Shown here piece by piece: positions 33,778-43,906 of a DNA stretch of 64,000 nucleotides (positions are counted from its first letter, which is position 1; the number at the start of each line of letters is the position of its first letter). Under the pieces are notes generated by a model, which was given only the letters and a program-made list of their open reading frames with translations, searched no databases and was not told the DNA's origin. This stretch comes from an uncultured delta proteobacterium. Its GTDB lineage: Bacteria; Desulfobacterota; Binatia; UBA9968. The DNA lies in NCBI GenBank assembly GCA_963847445.1, contig CAWJZV010000015.1:250761-314760 (forward strand), written 5' to 3'. Position numbers and translations under genes: made by a program.

Positions 33778-34632
33778 ATGGAATGGCTCGAAACTTTTTG
33801 GGCGACTTATAGCACGTTGGTGCTGTCCATCGGCACCAACGTGCTGTTGGCGTTGTCGATCTATCTGACCCTCGCCTGTGGGCTCTTGACCGTCGCCAAT
33901 GCCGCGTTCATGGGTATCGGCGCTTACACCGCGGCGCTCCTTAGCTTGCATAGCGGTATGCCTTTTCATTTATCGTTGCTGTTGGGGGCATTGCTGCCGG
34001 CGGTGGTGGCGTTGTTGCTCGGTCCGCCGACGCTGCGGCTGTCGGGAGTTTATTTGGCGATGGCGACGCTCGCCTTCGGTGAGATCGTGCGGATATTTTT
34101 GCTCAACGCCGAAGGTTTGACTGGCGGTGCGTTAGGGTTGAACGGTATCCCGCAGCACAGCCAATGGTTCGACGTTGCGCTGGCGGTGAGCGCGGCTTTG
34201 TACGTGCTGCTGCGCTTCGCCGGCTCGCAGATCGGCCGCACTCTGGCGGCGATCTGCCAGGATGAAACCGCCACCGAGCTGATGGGGCTCAACGTGCGCG
34301 CCTACAAACTCTTCGCCTTCGTGCTCGGCGCGGGGCTGGCCGGTCTGGCGGGCGGGTTGAATGCCCACTTTACTTTTTTCATCAGTCCTAATGAGTACGG
34401 TTTCGACCGCGGCGTCGAAATCTTGGCGATGGGTGTGCTCGGCGGCACCGGCAGCCCCTGGGGCGCGGTGATCGGCGGTGTGGTGATTACACTGCTGCCG
34501 GAGTTGCTGCGCGGTCTCGGCGATTACCGGCCGCTGATTAACGGATTGATTTTGATCGTGATCATTCTTTACTCGCCCAAGGGTATCTGGGATCTCACGC
34601 GCTATCTGCATCGGCGCGCCGCGGTCGATTAG
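33778..34632 (+). CDS. livM: BCAA ABC permease (LivM-like)
   Basis: LRLSGVYLAMATLAFGE, TGGALGLNGIP. Confidence 0.92.
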   Translation: MEWLETFWATYSTLVLSIGTNVLLALSIYLTLACGLLTVANAAFMGIGAYTAALLSLHSGMPFHLSLLLGALLPAVVALLLGPPTLRLSGVYLAMATLAFGEIVRIFLLNAEGLTGGALGLNGIPQHSQWFDVALAVSAALYVLLRFAGSQIGRTLAAICQDETATELMGLNVRAYKLFAFVLGAGLAGLAGGLNAHFTFFISPNEYGFDRGVEILAMGVLGGTGSPWGAVIGGVVITLLPELLRGLGDYRPLINGLILIVIILYSPKGIWDLTRYLHRRAAVD

Positions 34633-34634
34633 TC

Positions 34635-35424
34635 ATGCTGCGCTTGTCATCCATCACAAAGAATTTTGGCGGTTTGCAGGTGTTGCAGAACATCAGCCTG
34701 ACCGTTCCCGAGCGTGGCATCTTTGGCCTGATCGGTCCCAACGGCGCGGGCAAGACCACGGTGTTCAATTTGATCACCGGTTTGCTGGCGCCGACCAGCG
34801 GCACCATCGAGTTCCGCGGCCGACCGTTAAACGGATTAGCACCGCATCGAATTACCCGTTGCGGCATTGCCCGCACCTTTCAAAATATTCGCATTTTCAA
34901 GGAGATGACTTTGGCCGAAAATGTCTTGGTCGCCGTCGGGCGGCAGGACGCGCTACGGCGTCATGGGCGTTCTCTGGCCGTCGGCGCGCTTGCGGGCAGC
35001 GCAGCAGCGGCAACGAGCCGAGTCTAAGGAGCTGTTAGCCAAGGTCGGTCTTGCGGACAAAGCGGCCATCTTGGCCGGTAAGCTTTCCTATGGCGAACAG
35101 CGCCGTTTGGAAATCGCCAGGGCGCTGGCCACGGCACCCAAGCTTTTGCTGCTCGACGAGCCGGCGGCGGGGATGAATGGAGCGGAGAAGCAGCAGCTCA
35201 TGGAAGAGATCGTCAAATTGGCAGAGAGCGGCTTGAGCATGTTGATCATCGAACATGACATGCGCTTTGTCATGGGACTGTGCCGGCAGATCGCGGTGCT
35301 CAATTTCGGCCGGCTGATCGCCCAGGGCACACCGGAAGAGATTCGCGCCAATCCCGCGGTCGTCGAAGCTTATTTGGGCGAAGAGAGCGCCGACGATGAC
35401 GCGCCGGCGCAGAGATTGTTATGA
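34635..35424 (+). CDS. livG: BCAA ABC ATPase (LivG-like), frameshift ~34940
   Basis: GPNGAGKTT, ARTFQNI, LSYGEQRRLEIARAL, LLDEPAAG. Confidence 0.92.
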
Positions 35425-36134
35425 GCGCGTTACTTCGCGTTGAAAATTTGCAGGTGCGTTATGGTGCCATCGAAGCGGTCAGAGGCATCAGTTTCACTCT
35501 TGAGCTGGGACAGATCGTCACCTTGCTCGGCGCCAATGGCGCGGGCAAGTCGACCACGCTGCTGGCGCTGTCGGGGCTGCTCAATATCAGCGCCGGCTCG
35601 ATCCAATTCGACGGCAAGGAGTTGCGCGGCCGGGCGCCGCACCAGATCGTCGATCTGGGGCTGGTCCAAGTCGCCGAAGGGCGCGAGATTATCGCCACGC
35701 TGACGGTGCGCGAGAATTTGCTCCTGGGCGCCTATCGGCGCCATATCCGTGCTGAGATCAACAATGACTTAGAAAAAATGCTCGAAATGTTCCCGCGCTT
35801 GAGCGACCGGCTCGGCGCTGCCGCCGGTAATCTTTCCGGCGGCGAGCAACAGATGCTTGCCATCGCCAGGGCATTGATGGCGCGGCCGCGCCTGCTGCTG
35901 TTGGATGAGCCGTCGATGGGTTTGGCGCCGCTCTTGGTTCAAGAAATCTTTCGGACTTTGCGGCAGCTGCGTCGGAGCGGTTTGACGATCTTGCTGGTGG
36001 AGCAGAATGTCCGCCAAGCGCTCAAGATCGCCGAGTACGCTTACGTCATGGAGAACGGCGCGATTGTCTTGTCGGGGCGCAGCGATGAGCTGCTGCACAA
36101 TGACCAGATCATCGCGGCCTATCTCGGCGGTTAG
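35421..36134 (+). CDS. livF: BCAA ABC ATPase (LivF-like)
   Basis: GANGAGKST, LSGGEQQMLAIARAL, DEPSMGLAP. Confidence 0.95.
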   Translation: MSALLRVENLQVRYGAIEAVRGISFTLELGQIVTLLGANGAGKSTTLLALSGLLNISAGSIQFDGKELRGRAPHQIVDLGLVQVAEGREIIATLTVRENLLLGAYRRHIRAEINNDLEKMLEMFPRLSDRLGAAAGNLSGGEQQMLAIARALMARPRLLLLDEPSMGLAPLLVQEIFRTLRQLRRSGLTILLVEQNVRQALKIAEYAYVMENGAIVLSGRSDELLHNDQIIAAYLGG

Positions 36135-36389
36135 TATCGCCTCGCCACGCTGGCTTACATCACATCACTGTTGGAAAACACTACACAACGCACTCGCGGC
36201 AGTTGTCGTAGTTGCAGGAGTCTGAAGGGAAACCAGCGGGTTTCCGGCGACGGGCGGAGAACTTACAGGTTTGTTCCTAATTGCGCCGAACATCGCTGTT
36301 TGTGCACTTTGTGGTTGCTGCGATTTCACGGTTTGTCCGATAGTTGCGCGACTGGCCGCTTCTGTCCCGAGAAACCAGCCGGGTGTTTG

Positions 36390-36405
36390 TGGCATGGATT
36401 CTGCC
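36390..36405 (+). promoter_or_regulatory. Sigma54 (-24/-12) promoter
   Basis: TGGCATGGATTCTGC = GG-N10-GC, about 47 nt upstream of ATG 36452. Confidence 0.6.
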
Positions 36406-36451
36406 TTATGCTGTTCCTAGAATTTTGATTCCAAGAGAAGGAGGAGTTTCG

Positions 36452-36656
36452 ATGGATGAAATTTTGACCGCGGGTGAAGTAGCTGAGCTGCTTACAGATC
36501 CATCCGCGGACGGTTTACAAGCTGGTCAAGCAGGGGTCGATTCCTGGGCGCAAGTTCGGCGGGGGATGGCGTTTTAGCCGAACCGATATCGTCGCAATGG
36601 TTTCGCCCCAAGGACAACCACCGGCGCCGCGCCAGCTGCACACCGAAGAACGCTAG
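36452..36656 (+). CDS. Excisionase-like helix-turn-helix (HTH_17) protein, frameshift ~36492
   Basis: MDEILTAGEVAELL / QIHPRTVYKLVKQGSIPGRKFGGGWRFSR; GGAGG RBS. Confidence 0.85.
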
Positions 36657-36681
36657 TTTCCCAGATCGACTTTCCACTAAG

Positions 36682-36730
36682 AAACCCTCCCGGATCGAGT
36701 CGTGCCGACTTCGAACGGGAGGGTTTTTTA
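36682..36730 (+). terminator. Intrinsic terminator
   Basis: AAACCCTCCCG...CGGGAGGGTTTTTT. Confidence 0.8.
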
Positions 36731-36833
36731 TTTCAGCGTTTCAAATCCCCATCACCACAGCCCGCGCCGGCTTGCTTCCAATACGCTGAGCAGCTAGGAA
36801 GGACGGATCAATCTGTTTCTAAGGACGGCAACC

Positions 36834-38009
36834 ATGGATGGGGCACTGGCGGGCATCAAAGTCATCGAAGCGGCGAGTTATGTCACCGGACCGTTCGCGT
36901 CGCAGCTACTGGCGGATTTGGGCGCGGAAGTAATCAAGGTCGAAGAGCCGCAGCGCGGCGATCCGTTTCGCGGCTGGGGCGAGCGTAACTACTCGTCGAC
37001 GTTTTGCAGTCTTAACCGCAATAAGAAAAGCGTTACATTAGATTTTCGTACCGATGAGGGGCGCGATGTGCTGCTGCAGTTATTAACCAGCGCCGATGTG
37101 TTTATTCAAAACTTTCGCCCCGGCGTCTTGGACAAGCGCGGCCTCGGTTACGACGATGTCAAAAAGCTCAATGCAAAAATCGTTTACTGTTCGATTTCCG
37201 GCTTCGGTCCCAAGGGGCCGTACCGCGACATGCCGGGCTACGATACCATTGGCCAGGCGCGCAGCGGATTATTGAGCTTGCTGACCGATCCGGGCAAGCC
37301 GCAAGGCATGGGCATCTCGTTTTCCGATCATCTGACCGGCATGTACGCCTGCTACGGTGTGTTGGGCGCGCTGATGAATCGCACGCTCAGCGGCGAGGGG
37401 CAGCATGTCGAGACTTCGCTACTGCGCGCGTCGGTCTCCTTTGTCGGCGAGAACGCGGCGCGCTACTTCGAGACCGGCCATGTGCCGCGGCGCAAGCATC
37501 GCACGACCACCGCCGGCGTGTTCGCTTTCGAAGACCAAGACGGCCTGGCGTTCGTGTTGCACATGTCGTCGCCGGATAAGTTTTGGCTTGGCCTGTTCGA
37601 CGTCGTCGGCAAACCGGAGTGGGCCCAGGACCCGCGCTTCAACAACCGCAAAGCGCGGGTGGAAAACTACGACGCCATGAATGAACAGCTGGCGCCGATA
37701 TTTCGCGCCGGCAAGCGCGACGATTGGCTGCGCCGGCTGATCGCCAAAGATGTGCCGGCGGCGCCAATCAACACCCTCGACGAAGTGTTCGCCGATCCGC
37801 AGGTCAAAACTTACGGCTTCCCGATCGAAGTGGAGCATCCGCAAATGGGCAAGATGCAGCTCATCGGCAATGCTGTCGACATGAGCCGGACACCGCCGAC
37901 GATCGATCGTCCGCCGCCAGTGCTAGGCGAGCAGACCGAAGAGATTCTCAGCGCTCTGGGGTTGGATACCGCGGCGATCGCGAGTTTGCGCGCCAAAGGA
38001 GCAGTCTGA
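36834..38009 (+). CDS. CaiB/BaiF class III CoA-transferase
   Basis: LADLGAEVIKVE, NRNKKS, NFRPG, SISGFG...PGYD. Confidence 0.95.
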   Translation: MDGALAGIKVIEAASYVTGPFASQLLADLGAEVIKVEEPQRGDPFRGWGERNYSSTFCSLNRNKKSVTLDFRTDEGRDVLLQLLTSADVFIQNFRPGVLDKRGLGYDDVKKLNAKIVYCSISGFGPKGPYRDMPGYDTIGQARSGLLSLLTDPGKPQGMGISFSDHLTGMYACYGVLGALMNRTLSGEGQHVETSLLRASVSFVGENAARYFETGHVPRRKHRTTTAGVFAFEDQDGLAFVLHMSSPDKFWLGLFDVVGKPEWAQDPRFNNRKARVENYDAMNEQLAPIFRAGKRDDWLRRLIAKDVPAAPINTLDEVFADPQVKTYGFPIEVEHPQMGKMQLIGNAVDMSRTPPTIDRPPPVLGEQTEEILSALGLDTAAIASLRAKGAV

Positions 38010-38017
38010 GAAGAAGT

Positions 38018-38082
38018 TAGAGCGTTGGAGTAATGGAGTAGTGGGTCCGGATAACCCAACACTCCAATACTCCATCACTCCA
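38018..38082. repeat. Inverted octamer-array element (TGGAGTAN / NTACTCCA)
   Basis: tagagcgt tggagtaa tggagtag tgggt ... acccaac actccaat actccatc actcca. Confidence 0.85.
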
Positions 38083-38098
38083 GTCCGTTGAGCCCCCC

Positions 38099-38637
38099 AT
38101 GCGTCATCCTAGCTTAGTTCTGCTGTCGCACGACCATCACCATGGTCTGGCGCTGGCCTTGCGCTGCCGCAAGCAGGGGCTTGGCCAGATCAAGCCCATG
38201 GGCGCCGAGGGGTTGCGCGCACGTGCTAAGGAAGTTTTAGAATTCTACCGAGCTAATCTGGTGGCCCATTTCAAAGCTGAAGAAGAAGTCTTGTTCCCGC
38301 TGATGCGCGAACAGGTGGCCGGCTGCGCAGAGCTGCTCGATCAATTAATCAAAGATCATGAACAGCTGCGCCGCGCCGATGCCGCAGCTCGAAGCTGGCA
38401 CGGGTTTGGCGAAGCTCATTTTTGACTTGGGTGATCTTGCTCGAACGCCATATTCGCACAGAAGAGCGGGAGCTGTTCCCGCTCTTCGAGGCTCATGTGG
38501 ATGCGGTGCAGGCTGAGCAGATCGGCGTGAAATTAAAAGAACTGCTCAAGTCGTCAAAGTTAGCTACAGCCGAAGACTGGGGAGCGGTCTCTATCTCAGT
38601 CTCTGTCTCAGAGTCCTGTCTGTCATCAGTCCATTAA
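38099..38637 (+). CDS. Hemerythrin-like (HHE) domain protein, two frameshifts
   Basis: RHPSLVLLSHDHHHGL, HFKAEEEVLFP, HIRTEERELFP. Confidence 0.85.
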
Positions 38638-38979
38638 CTTCAACAACACATGCCGCCGGTTTTTCGTGTGCGGACGCACTTGGCTCGGCCAGCGGCCGTC
38701 TTCGATGGCCTTGTCCCAGGCCGGGCTGGTGAGCACGTCGGGGCTTTCTAACTCGTAGATCGCCGTGTAGGTCGGTTCGTTAGGGATCTCGATGGTCTTG
38801 CTCTCGCCACCGATGTTCATGGTCAGCGTGCCGCGTTTGTAGCGCGATACGCCGAGGACGCCGGGGACTTTAAGCAGATTGGGCACATGCTCTTGGTCGT
38901 AGACTTCGTTGAAGATCGCGTCATGCTCGGCGTCGACATCCATGCTCGCGATCATCAAGTATTTTGCTTTACCTGCCAT
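38626..38979 (-). CDS. Dimeric alpha-beta barrel (DUF4286/EthD-like) protein
   Basis: FNEVYDQEHVPNLLKVPG, YTAIYELESP. Confidence 0.75.
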   Translation of the reverse strand: MAGKAKYLMIASMDVDAEHDAIFNEVYDQEHVPNLLKVPGVLGVSRYKRGTLTMNIGGESKTIEIPNEPTYTAIYELESPDVLTSPAWDKAIEDGRWPSQVRPHTKNRRHVLLKLMD

Positions 38980-39033
38980 GTTTTTCTCCTCGTGCTGCGA
39001 TTGGAAACTATCGATTAAGATTACTGGATCGAA

Positions 39034-39103
39034 TTCACCGCAGAGACGCTGAGAACGCTGAGAAAAGAATTTAATCTCTGCGAACTCGCGTCTCTGCGGT
39101 GAA
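39034..39103. repeat. Inverted-repeat element with nonamer units (CGCWGAGA)
   Basis: Perfect 16-bp terminal inverted repeat TTCACCGCAGAGACGC (39034-39049) / GCGTCTCTGCGGTGAA (39088-39103). Confidence 0.88.
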
Positions 39104-39123
39104 GATTCTCTTCGTTCTAATCT

Positions 39124-39486
39124 CTACATGCCTAAGAAGCTGCCGAGCTCCGGCGCCGGCGATTTGATCTCGACGACGATGGACTCCTCGATGCCCTCGA
39201 CGCCATGGGGCACGCCCTTGGGGTGGCGGCAGACATCGCCGGGGCCGAGGATGAACTCTTCCTTGCCCACGGTCATTTTGACTTTGCCTTTGACCACGTA
39301 GGCGAGGGATTCATGGGTATGCACATGCAGCGGCGCGCCGACGCCGGGGGTATAATGGATTTCCAGAAACGTCATCTCATCGCCGGTGATCAACGGTTTC
39401 ACCAGCAGGTCGCCGCCGTACATCGGCTTGCCTTCGATGGCTTTGACGGTGATCGCTTTAACATCGGCGTTTTTCGATAGAATCAT
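39124..39486 (-). CDS. Cupin domain protein
   Basis: PLHVHTHE...PKGVPH. Confidence 0.92.
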   Translation of the reverse strand: MILSKNADVKAITVKAIEGKPMYGGDLLVKPLITGDEMTFLEIHYTPGVGAPLHVHTHESLAYVVKGKVKMTVGKEEFILGPGDVCRHPKGVPHGVEGIEESIVVEIKSPAPELGSFLGM

Positions 39487-39652
39487 TTGGCGCTCCTTTG
39501 AATGGCTTCGGCGGATCGAATCGGGAACAGGGCGGATTCTAGCCAGGGGTTCAAGTTCAAGTCAATGTAATCGGCTCTGTAAGGCATGGCTTCTCGCGTT
39601 TTTCGTCAATCCTTGATAGTTGAGGAAAGCGGATTTAGCAGCGGAGGAAATC

Positions 39653-40492
39653 ATGTTGGTGCAAGCTCTGGATCATTTCGTCGTGCCGGTTAACGACATT
39701 GTCGTCGCTGAGGATTTTTACGTGCAAGTGTTCGGCGGCAGGATCGCCAAACGCAACGGTCTCAACGTCAAATCGCAAAGCCTCGGACCGCATACGTTCA
39801 TGGATATCGCCGGCAAACGCATCGGCGTTTATCTGCAAAAAGAAGAGCGCGGCCAACCGATCACCCCGCGCGGCACACCGACCTATTCGTTTACCACCAC
39901 CAAGCATGGCATCGAAGAGGTGATGGATGTGCTGGCGAATTGGAAGATCCCTTTCGAAGGGCCGCAAAAAAACACCCATCCGTTCGCCACCACGACGCTA
40001 TTTTTTGCCGATCCCGCGGGTAACAATTTCGCGGTTTATGTGCCGAGCATCGATGGCCAGAGCGCAGCCGCAACGGCTCAACGGCTCACCGGGGTCGGCT
40101 ACTTGGAGTTGGAGGCGCCCAAGCTCGACGAGTCGATCAAATTTTACCAGGCGGTGTTGGGTTTCGAACTGCTCAACCGTGGACTGGATATTAAGACCAA
40201 TCGCAATCAAGCGGCCATGCGCATGGCTAGCGGTCAATACTTGATTCTCACGGAATCTGCTTTCCGCCCGAAGGGTTATCCGATGAGCCGCAAGATCCCT
40301 GGACCCCATCTGGGCTTTTACGTCGCGCCGGCTCAATGGCGCGACGCGCTCGCCCAGCTCGACCGTCTCGGCATTCCCAACGGCGACCGCGGCGAAGAAG
40401 CCAAAGGCCGCCACCCCGGCGGCACCGCCGGAACGTATATGGACGATCCGGCGGGCTACGTGATTCAGTATATCAGCGAGGGAATGCAGTGA
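39653..40492 (+). CDS. Two-domain VOC (glyoxalase/extradiol dioxygenase-like) protein
   Basis: LDHFVVPV, FFADPAGN, PHLGF, DDPAGYVIQ. Confidence 0.85.
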   Translation: MLVQALDHFVVPVNDIVVAEDFYVQVFGGRIAKRNGLNVKSQSLGPHTFMDIAGKRIGVYLQKEERGQPITPRGTPTYSFTTTKHGIEEVMDVLANWKIPFEGPQKNTHPFATTTLFFADPAGNNFAVYVPSIDGQSAAATAQRLTGVGYLELEAPKLDESIKFYQAVLGFELLNRGLDIKTNRNQAAMRMASGQYLILTESAFRPKGYPMSRKIPGPHLGFYVAPAQWRDALAQLDRLGIPNGDRGEEAKGRHPGGTAGTYMDDPAGYVIQYISEGMQ

Positions 40493-40838
40493 GGCGGCTG
40501 CGGCCGTAAGCGACGAATACGCAGAGCATGCCGGTCGCGAGCGGCATCAGCGCCGTTACGGGATCACTGAAGATCAAGGTCACCACAACGGCGCCGATCA
40601 TGATGATGGCTAAACCGGCGGCGGCGAGGGGCGTGAGCCCAGGGCGAATCTTTAGAAGCCATGGAAGTATCAAGCCGATGGCGCCGAGCATTTCCGCTAC
40701 GCCAATGAAGCGGAGAAACCCGCCTGGCATGGCAATCTCCTTGGTCATTTCCTCGATGGGGGTGATCAGCTTCATGCCGCCGGCGAATAGAAAGAGCGCG
40801 GCGAGCAATCCTTGGGTAATCCACAGTGCAATGTTCAT
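40473..40838 (-). CDS. DoxX-like membrane protein
   Basis: LWITQGLLAALFLFAGGMKL, FIGVAEMLGAIGLILP. Confidence 0.9.
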   Translation of the reverse strand: MNIALWITQGLLAALFLFAGGMKLITPIEEMTKEIAMPGGFLRFIGVAEMLGAIGLILPWLLKIRPGLTPLAAAGLAIIMIGAVVVTLIFSDPVTALMPLATGMLCVFVAYGRSRLTAFPR

Positions 40839-40907
40839 GATGGGTTTCCTTTGTGGCGACCGTCCTCTGTCAGGGGTTGCTGCATGGCACGATCCGTTGA
40901 GCGGTGA

Positions 40908-41444
40908 TTATTTGCCGGTTGTTTCCGCCACTGATTTCAATTGCGCCAGACCCTTCTCGAAATCGCCGCCGACCATTTTATCCATGTTCATGACTAGGCC
41001 GAAAGCCTTGGCCATGAAATTGTTTTCACCTGCCATACTCCAGGTGACCAGGGTCTTGTCGGCATCGGGTTTAAAGCTGAACTCGGTGGTGTTGGTCGCC
41101 TCAAATGGTTTCTTGAATTCGAGCTTGATACGCACGAGCTCGCTGGGTCGGCTCTCCGTCAGTGTCATGCGCCCTTCGCCGACATCGCTATTGCCGGCCC
41201 ACGAGTAGATCGCACCGGTTCCGGCGGGCGCGCCTTCGTGAGTTGTTTTCATGTTCGGATCGAGCTTCGCCCAGGGCGACCAGCCATCCCATTTGTGAAA
41301 GTCGTTGACCTGCGCGAACACCGCCGGGGCGGGTGCGGCAATGATAGTCGAGCGGGTGACGCGAAATTCTGCGGGTTGCAGGGCAACGATCACGATAAAT
41401 ATGGCGACCAACGCGACCAGCGCAATGAAAATTTTCTTGATCAC
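40908..41444 (-). CDS. SRPBCC/polyketide cyclase family protein with N-terminal anchor
   Basis: VNDFHKWDGWSPW, GNSDVGEG, GGDFEKGLAQLK. Confidence 0.9.
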   Translation of the reverse strand: MIKKIFIALVALVAIFIVIVALQPAEFRVTRSTIIAAPAPAVFAQVNDFHKWDGWSPWAKLDPNMKTTHEGAPAGTGAIYSWAGNSDVGEGRMTLTESRPSELVRIKLEFKKPFEATNTTEFSFKPDADKTLVTWSMAGENNFMAKAFGLVMNMDKMVGGDFEKGLAQLKSVAETTGK

Positions 41445-41537
41445 AACAATTCCTCCTCAACGATTCACTCCGGGCAGTAAGGCGCATACTCACTGCGCGC
41501 CGTAGCGTTATAAGCCGGTTTAAATCCTTCGATCATA

Positions 41538-41834
41538 TTAACCGCCGGCGAGGGCGCCGACGATCATGAACGGCTCGGCGCCGGAAGCGACGGCGCCCGG
41601 CAACGGCGCGTCGGGCGAATCATGGGATAGATCCTCGCCGCAGGCGAAGAAGCGCACGAACGCGCGGCGCTCATGCGTGACATGATCGCGAATCGTCCCG
41701 CGCAACATCGGATAGCGTGCTTCGACGGCGTCGAGCACCGAGCGTTGGGTGACTGGCCCGGCAACGTCGACTGATACCTCGCCATCGACTTGCGCGAGCT
41801 TGCGCAAGTGGGCCGGCAGCGTGACGCGGATCAT
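41538..41834 (-). CDS. MoaD/ThiS ubiquitin-like protein
   Basis: Beta-grasp-type sequence ending IVGALAGG. Confidence 0.9.
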   Translation of the reverse strand: MIRVTLPAHLRKLAQVDGEVSVDVAGPVTQRSVLDAVEARYPMLRGTIRDHVTHERRAFVRFFACGEDLSHDSPDAPLPGAVASGAEPFMIVGALAGG

Positions 41835-43018
41835 GGCAATGTCTGGACTTCGACGGACACTACTGGCGGAAGATCACGCACGATCGGCTGCCAGTTGTCG
41901 CCGGCGTCGGCGGATACGTAAACTTGCCCACCGGAGGTGCCGAAATACACACCGCACTTATCGAGCGAATCGACCGCCATGGCATCGCGCAGGACGTTCA
42001 CGTAGCAGTCGCTTTGCGGCAGCCCCTTGGTCAGCGCTTCCCAGTCGTTGCCGCCGCTGCGGCTGCGGTAGACGCGCAGCTTGCCGTCGGGCGGGAAGTG
42101 CTCGGAGTCACTCTTGATCGGCACGACGTAAATCGTGTTGGGCTCGTGGGCGTGAACGTCGATGACAAAGCCGAAATCGGTGGGTAGGTTGCCGCTGATC
42201 TCGTGCCAGGAATCGCCGCCGTCATCGCTGCGCATGACATCCCAGTGCTTTTGCATGTACAGCACGTCCGGACGCGATCGGTGCATGGCGATGCGATGCA
42301 CGCAATGGCCGACCTCGGCAGTCGGGTTGGGGATGTAGAGCGAATGCAGACCGCGGTTGATCGGCTGCCAGGTCTTGCCGGCATCGTCGGTGCGAAACGC
42401 CCCCGCCGACGAGATCGCGATGAAGATCCGGTTCGGGTTGCGCGGATCCAGGAGGATTGTGTGCAAACACATTCCACCGGCGCCCGGCGCCCAGAATTGC
42501 CCCGAGCCGTGACCGCGCAGTCCGGCCAGTTCCTGCCAGGTTTGGCCGCCGTCGTTAGAGCGGAACAATGCGGCGTCTTCGACACCGGCGTAAACCATGT
42601 TCGGATCGGACAGGGAGGGTTCGAGATGCCAGACGCGCTTGAACTCCCACGGATGCGCCGTACCGTCATACCACTGGTGCGTGGTCAGGGGCTTGCCGGT
42701 TTCAGCAGAGGTGTCGTAAACAAACTTGTTGCTCTCGCCCTTGGGACTTCCGTCCGGAGCGGTGGTGGGTTCGCCGGGAGGGGTTCCGGGTTGGTGCCAC
42801 GTCTTACCGCCGTCGTCCGAACGTTGAATGATTTGGCCGAACCAGCTGCTCGTCTGTGACGCATACAAACGATTCGGATCAACCGGAGAACCTTTGATGT
42901 GGTAAATCTCCCAGCCGGCGAAATGGGGCCCGCTAATATCCCATCGTTCGCGCTTACCGTCCGCCGTCAGAATAAACGCGCCCTTGCGGGTGCCAACTAG
43001 AACTCGAACTCCGCTCAT
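41831..43018 (-). CDS. BNR/Asp-box beta-propeller protein (exo-alpha-sialidase-like annotation family)
   Basis: Repeated RSDDGGKTW / RSNDGGQTW / RTDDAGKTW Asp-boxes; AGGAG RBS before ATG 43018; no signal peptide. Confidence 0.9.
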   Translation of the reverse strand: MSGVRVLVGTRKGAFILTADGKRERWDISGPHFAGWEIYHIKGSPVDPNRLYASQTSSWFGQIIQRSDDGGKTWHQPGTPPGEPTTAPDGSPKGESNKFVYDTSAETGKPLTTHQWYDGTAHPWEFKRVWHLEPSLSDPNMVYAGVEDAALFRSNDGGQTWQELAGLRGHGSGQFWAPGAGGMCLHTILLDPRNPNRIFIAISSAGAFRTDDAGKTWQPINRGLHSLYIPNPTAEVGHCVHRIAMHRSRPDVLYMQKHWDVMRSDDGGDSWHEISGNLPTDFGFVIDVHAHEPNTIYVVPIKSDSEHFPPDGKLRVYRSRSGGNDWEALTKGLPQSDCYVNVLRDAMAVDSLDKCGVYFGTSGGQVYVSADAGDNWQPIVRDLPPVVSVEVQTLP

Positions 43019-43064
43019 AATCTGCTCCTTTGTAAGTTTGACGCTAAATAGCCCCGACCCGGAT

Positions 43065-43412
43065 TCACATCGACCGCCCGTCGAAATGTTGAACTGGAAC
43101 TGCTTCCAGGTCAATTCCCTCGAGGCAACGAATGTTAATCGCCGCGATCAGATTGCCCTTCGGATCAACACCTTCGCCAAACGGATGAATGCCGCAGGCC
43201 GGGCAAAAGCGATGTTTGATGACATGCTTGTTGAACGTGTACGTGCCGATATCGTCTTCGGCAGTGAGCAAGCGCAGCTGGCCGCGCGGCACAAACCACA
43301 GAAGCGAGCCTTTACGGCGACACATGGAGCAATTGCACGCCATCGCCCCGGCGAGGTCGCCTTCGACTTCAAGCGTTATCTTGCCGCAGTGACAGCTACC
43401 TTTGTACTTCAT
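43065..43412 (-). CDS. GFA/Mss4-like zinc protein
   Basis: GSCHCG, CNCSMC, FCPACG. Confidence 0.93.
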   Translation of the reverse strand: MKYKGSCHCGKITLEVEGDLAGAMACNCSMCRRKGSLLWFVPRGQLRLLTAEDDIGTYTFNKHVIKHRFCPACGIHPFGEGVDPKGNLIAAINIRCLEGIDLEAVPVQHFDGRSM

Positions 43413-43854
43413 GGGGATCTCCTGGGATTTGTGAATATCCATGATCGGCATCAAGGGCGAGTTCGTCATAGCCGCGCCCGAGAAATTGGACAAAACAGAA
43501 GCCGTGGCCAAACGGATCAACCATAAGAGCGAGCTTGCCCCACTTGTGTACTGCCAAGGGTTTTTCCAGCCGCGCGCCGGCCGATACGGCTCTCTCAATC
43601 GCCGGTTCGATCTCATCAACGACAAAATCAAGATGGACCGGCGTCCAATGGCGCTCGTAGCTTCGCCGCTGCGCTGTGGTTTGCGATGCCGGTGTCCCAG
43701 TGGATTTGACAAGCAAGTAAATTGGCGCAGGACCCCCAAGCATCTCGACTCCGAAGTCACCGAAGCGCCGGCCAACACTCAGGCCAAACGCATAACTGTA
43801 AAAAGCGGTTGCTTTGTCGAGATCATCGACATCGAGGTTCACGATAAAGTTCAT
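43396..43854 (-). CDS. VOC family protein
   Basis: VHLDFVV, WGKLALMVDPFGHGFC. Confidence 0.88.
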   Translation of the reverse strand: MNFIVNLDVDDLDKATAFYSYAFGLSVGRRFGDFGVEMLGGPAPIYLLVKSTGTPASQTTAQRRSYERHWTPVHLDFVVDEIEPAIERAVSAGARLEKPLAVHKWGKLALMVDPFGHGFCFVQFLGRGYDELALDADHGYSQIPGDPHEVQR

Positions 43855-43906
43855 TTGCCGCGCTCTACTTTCCTGGCGAAAGCGATTGCTCTTCTGGCGC
43901 TCGCGA

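Noticed and set aside
36452-36656. Prophage or integrative element suggested by the excisionase-like gene
   Set aside because: No integrase, att repeats, tRNA or phage genes in the window.
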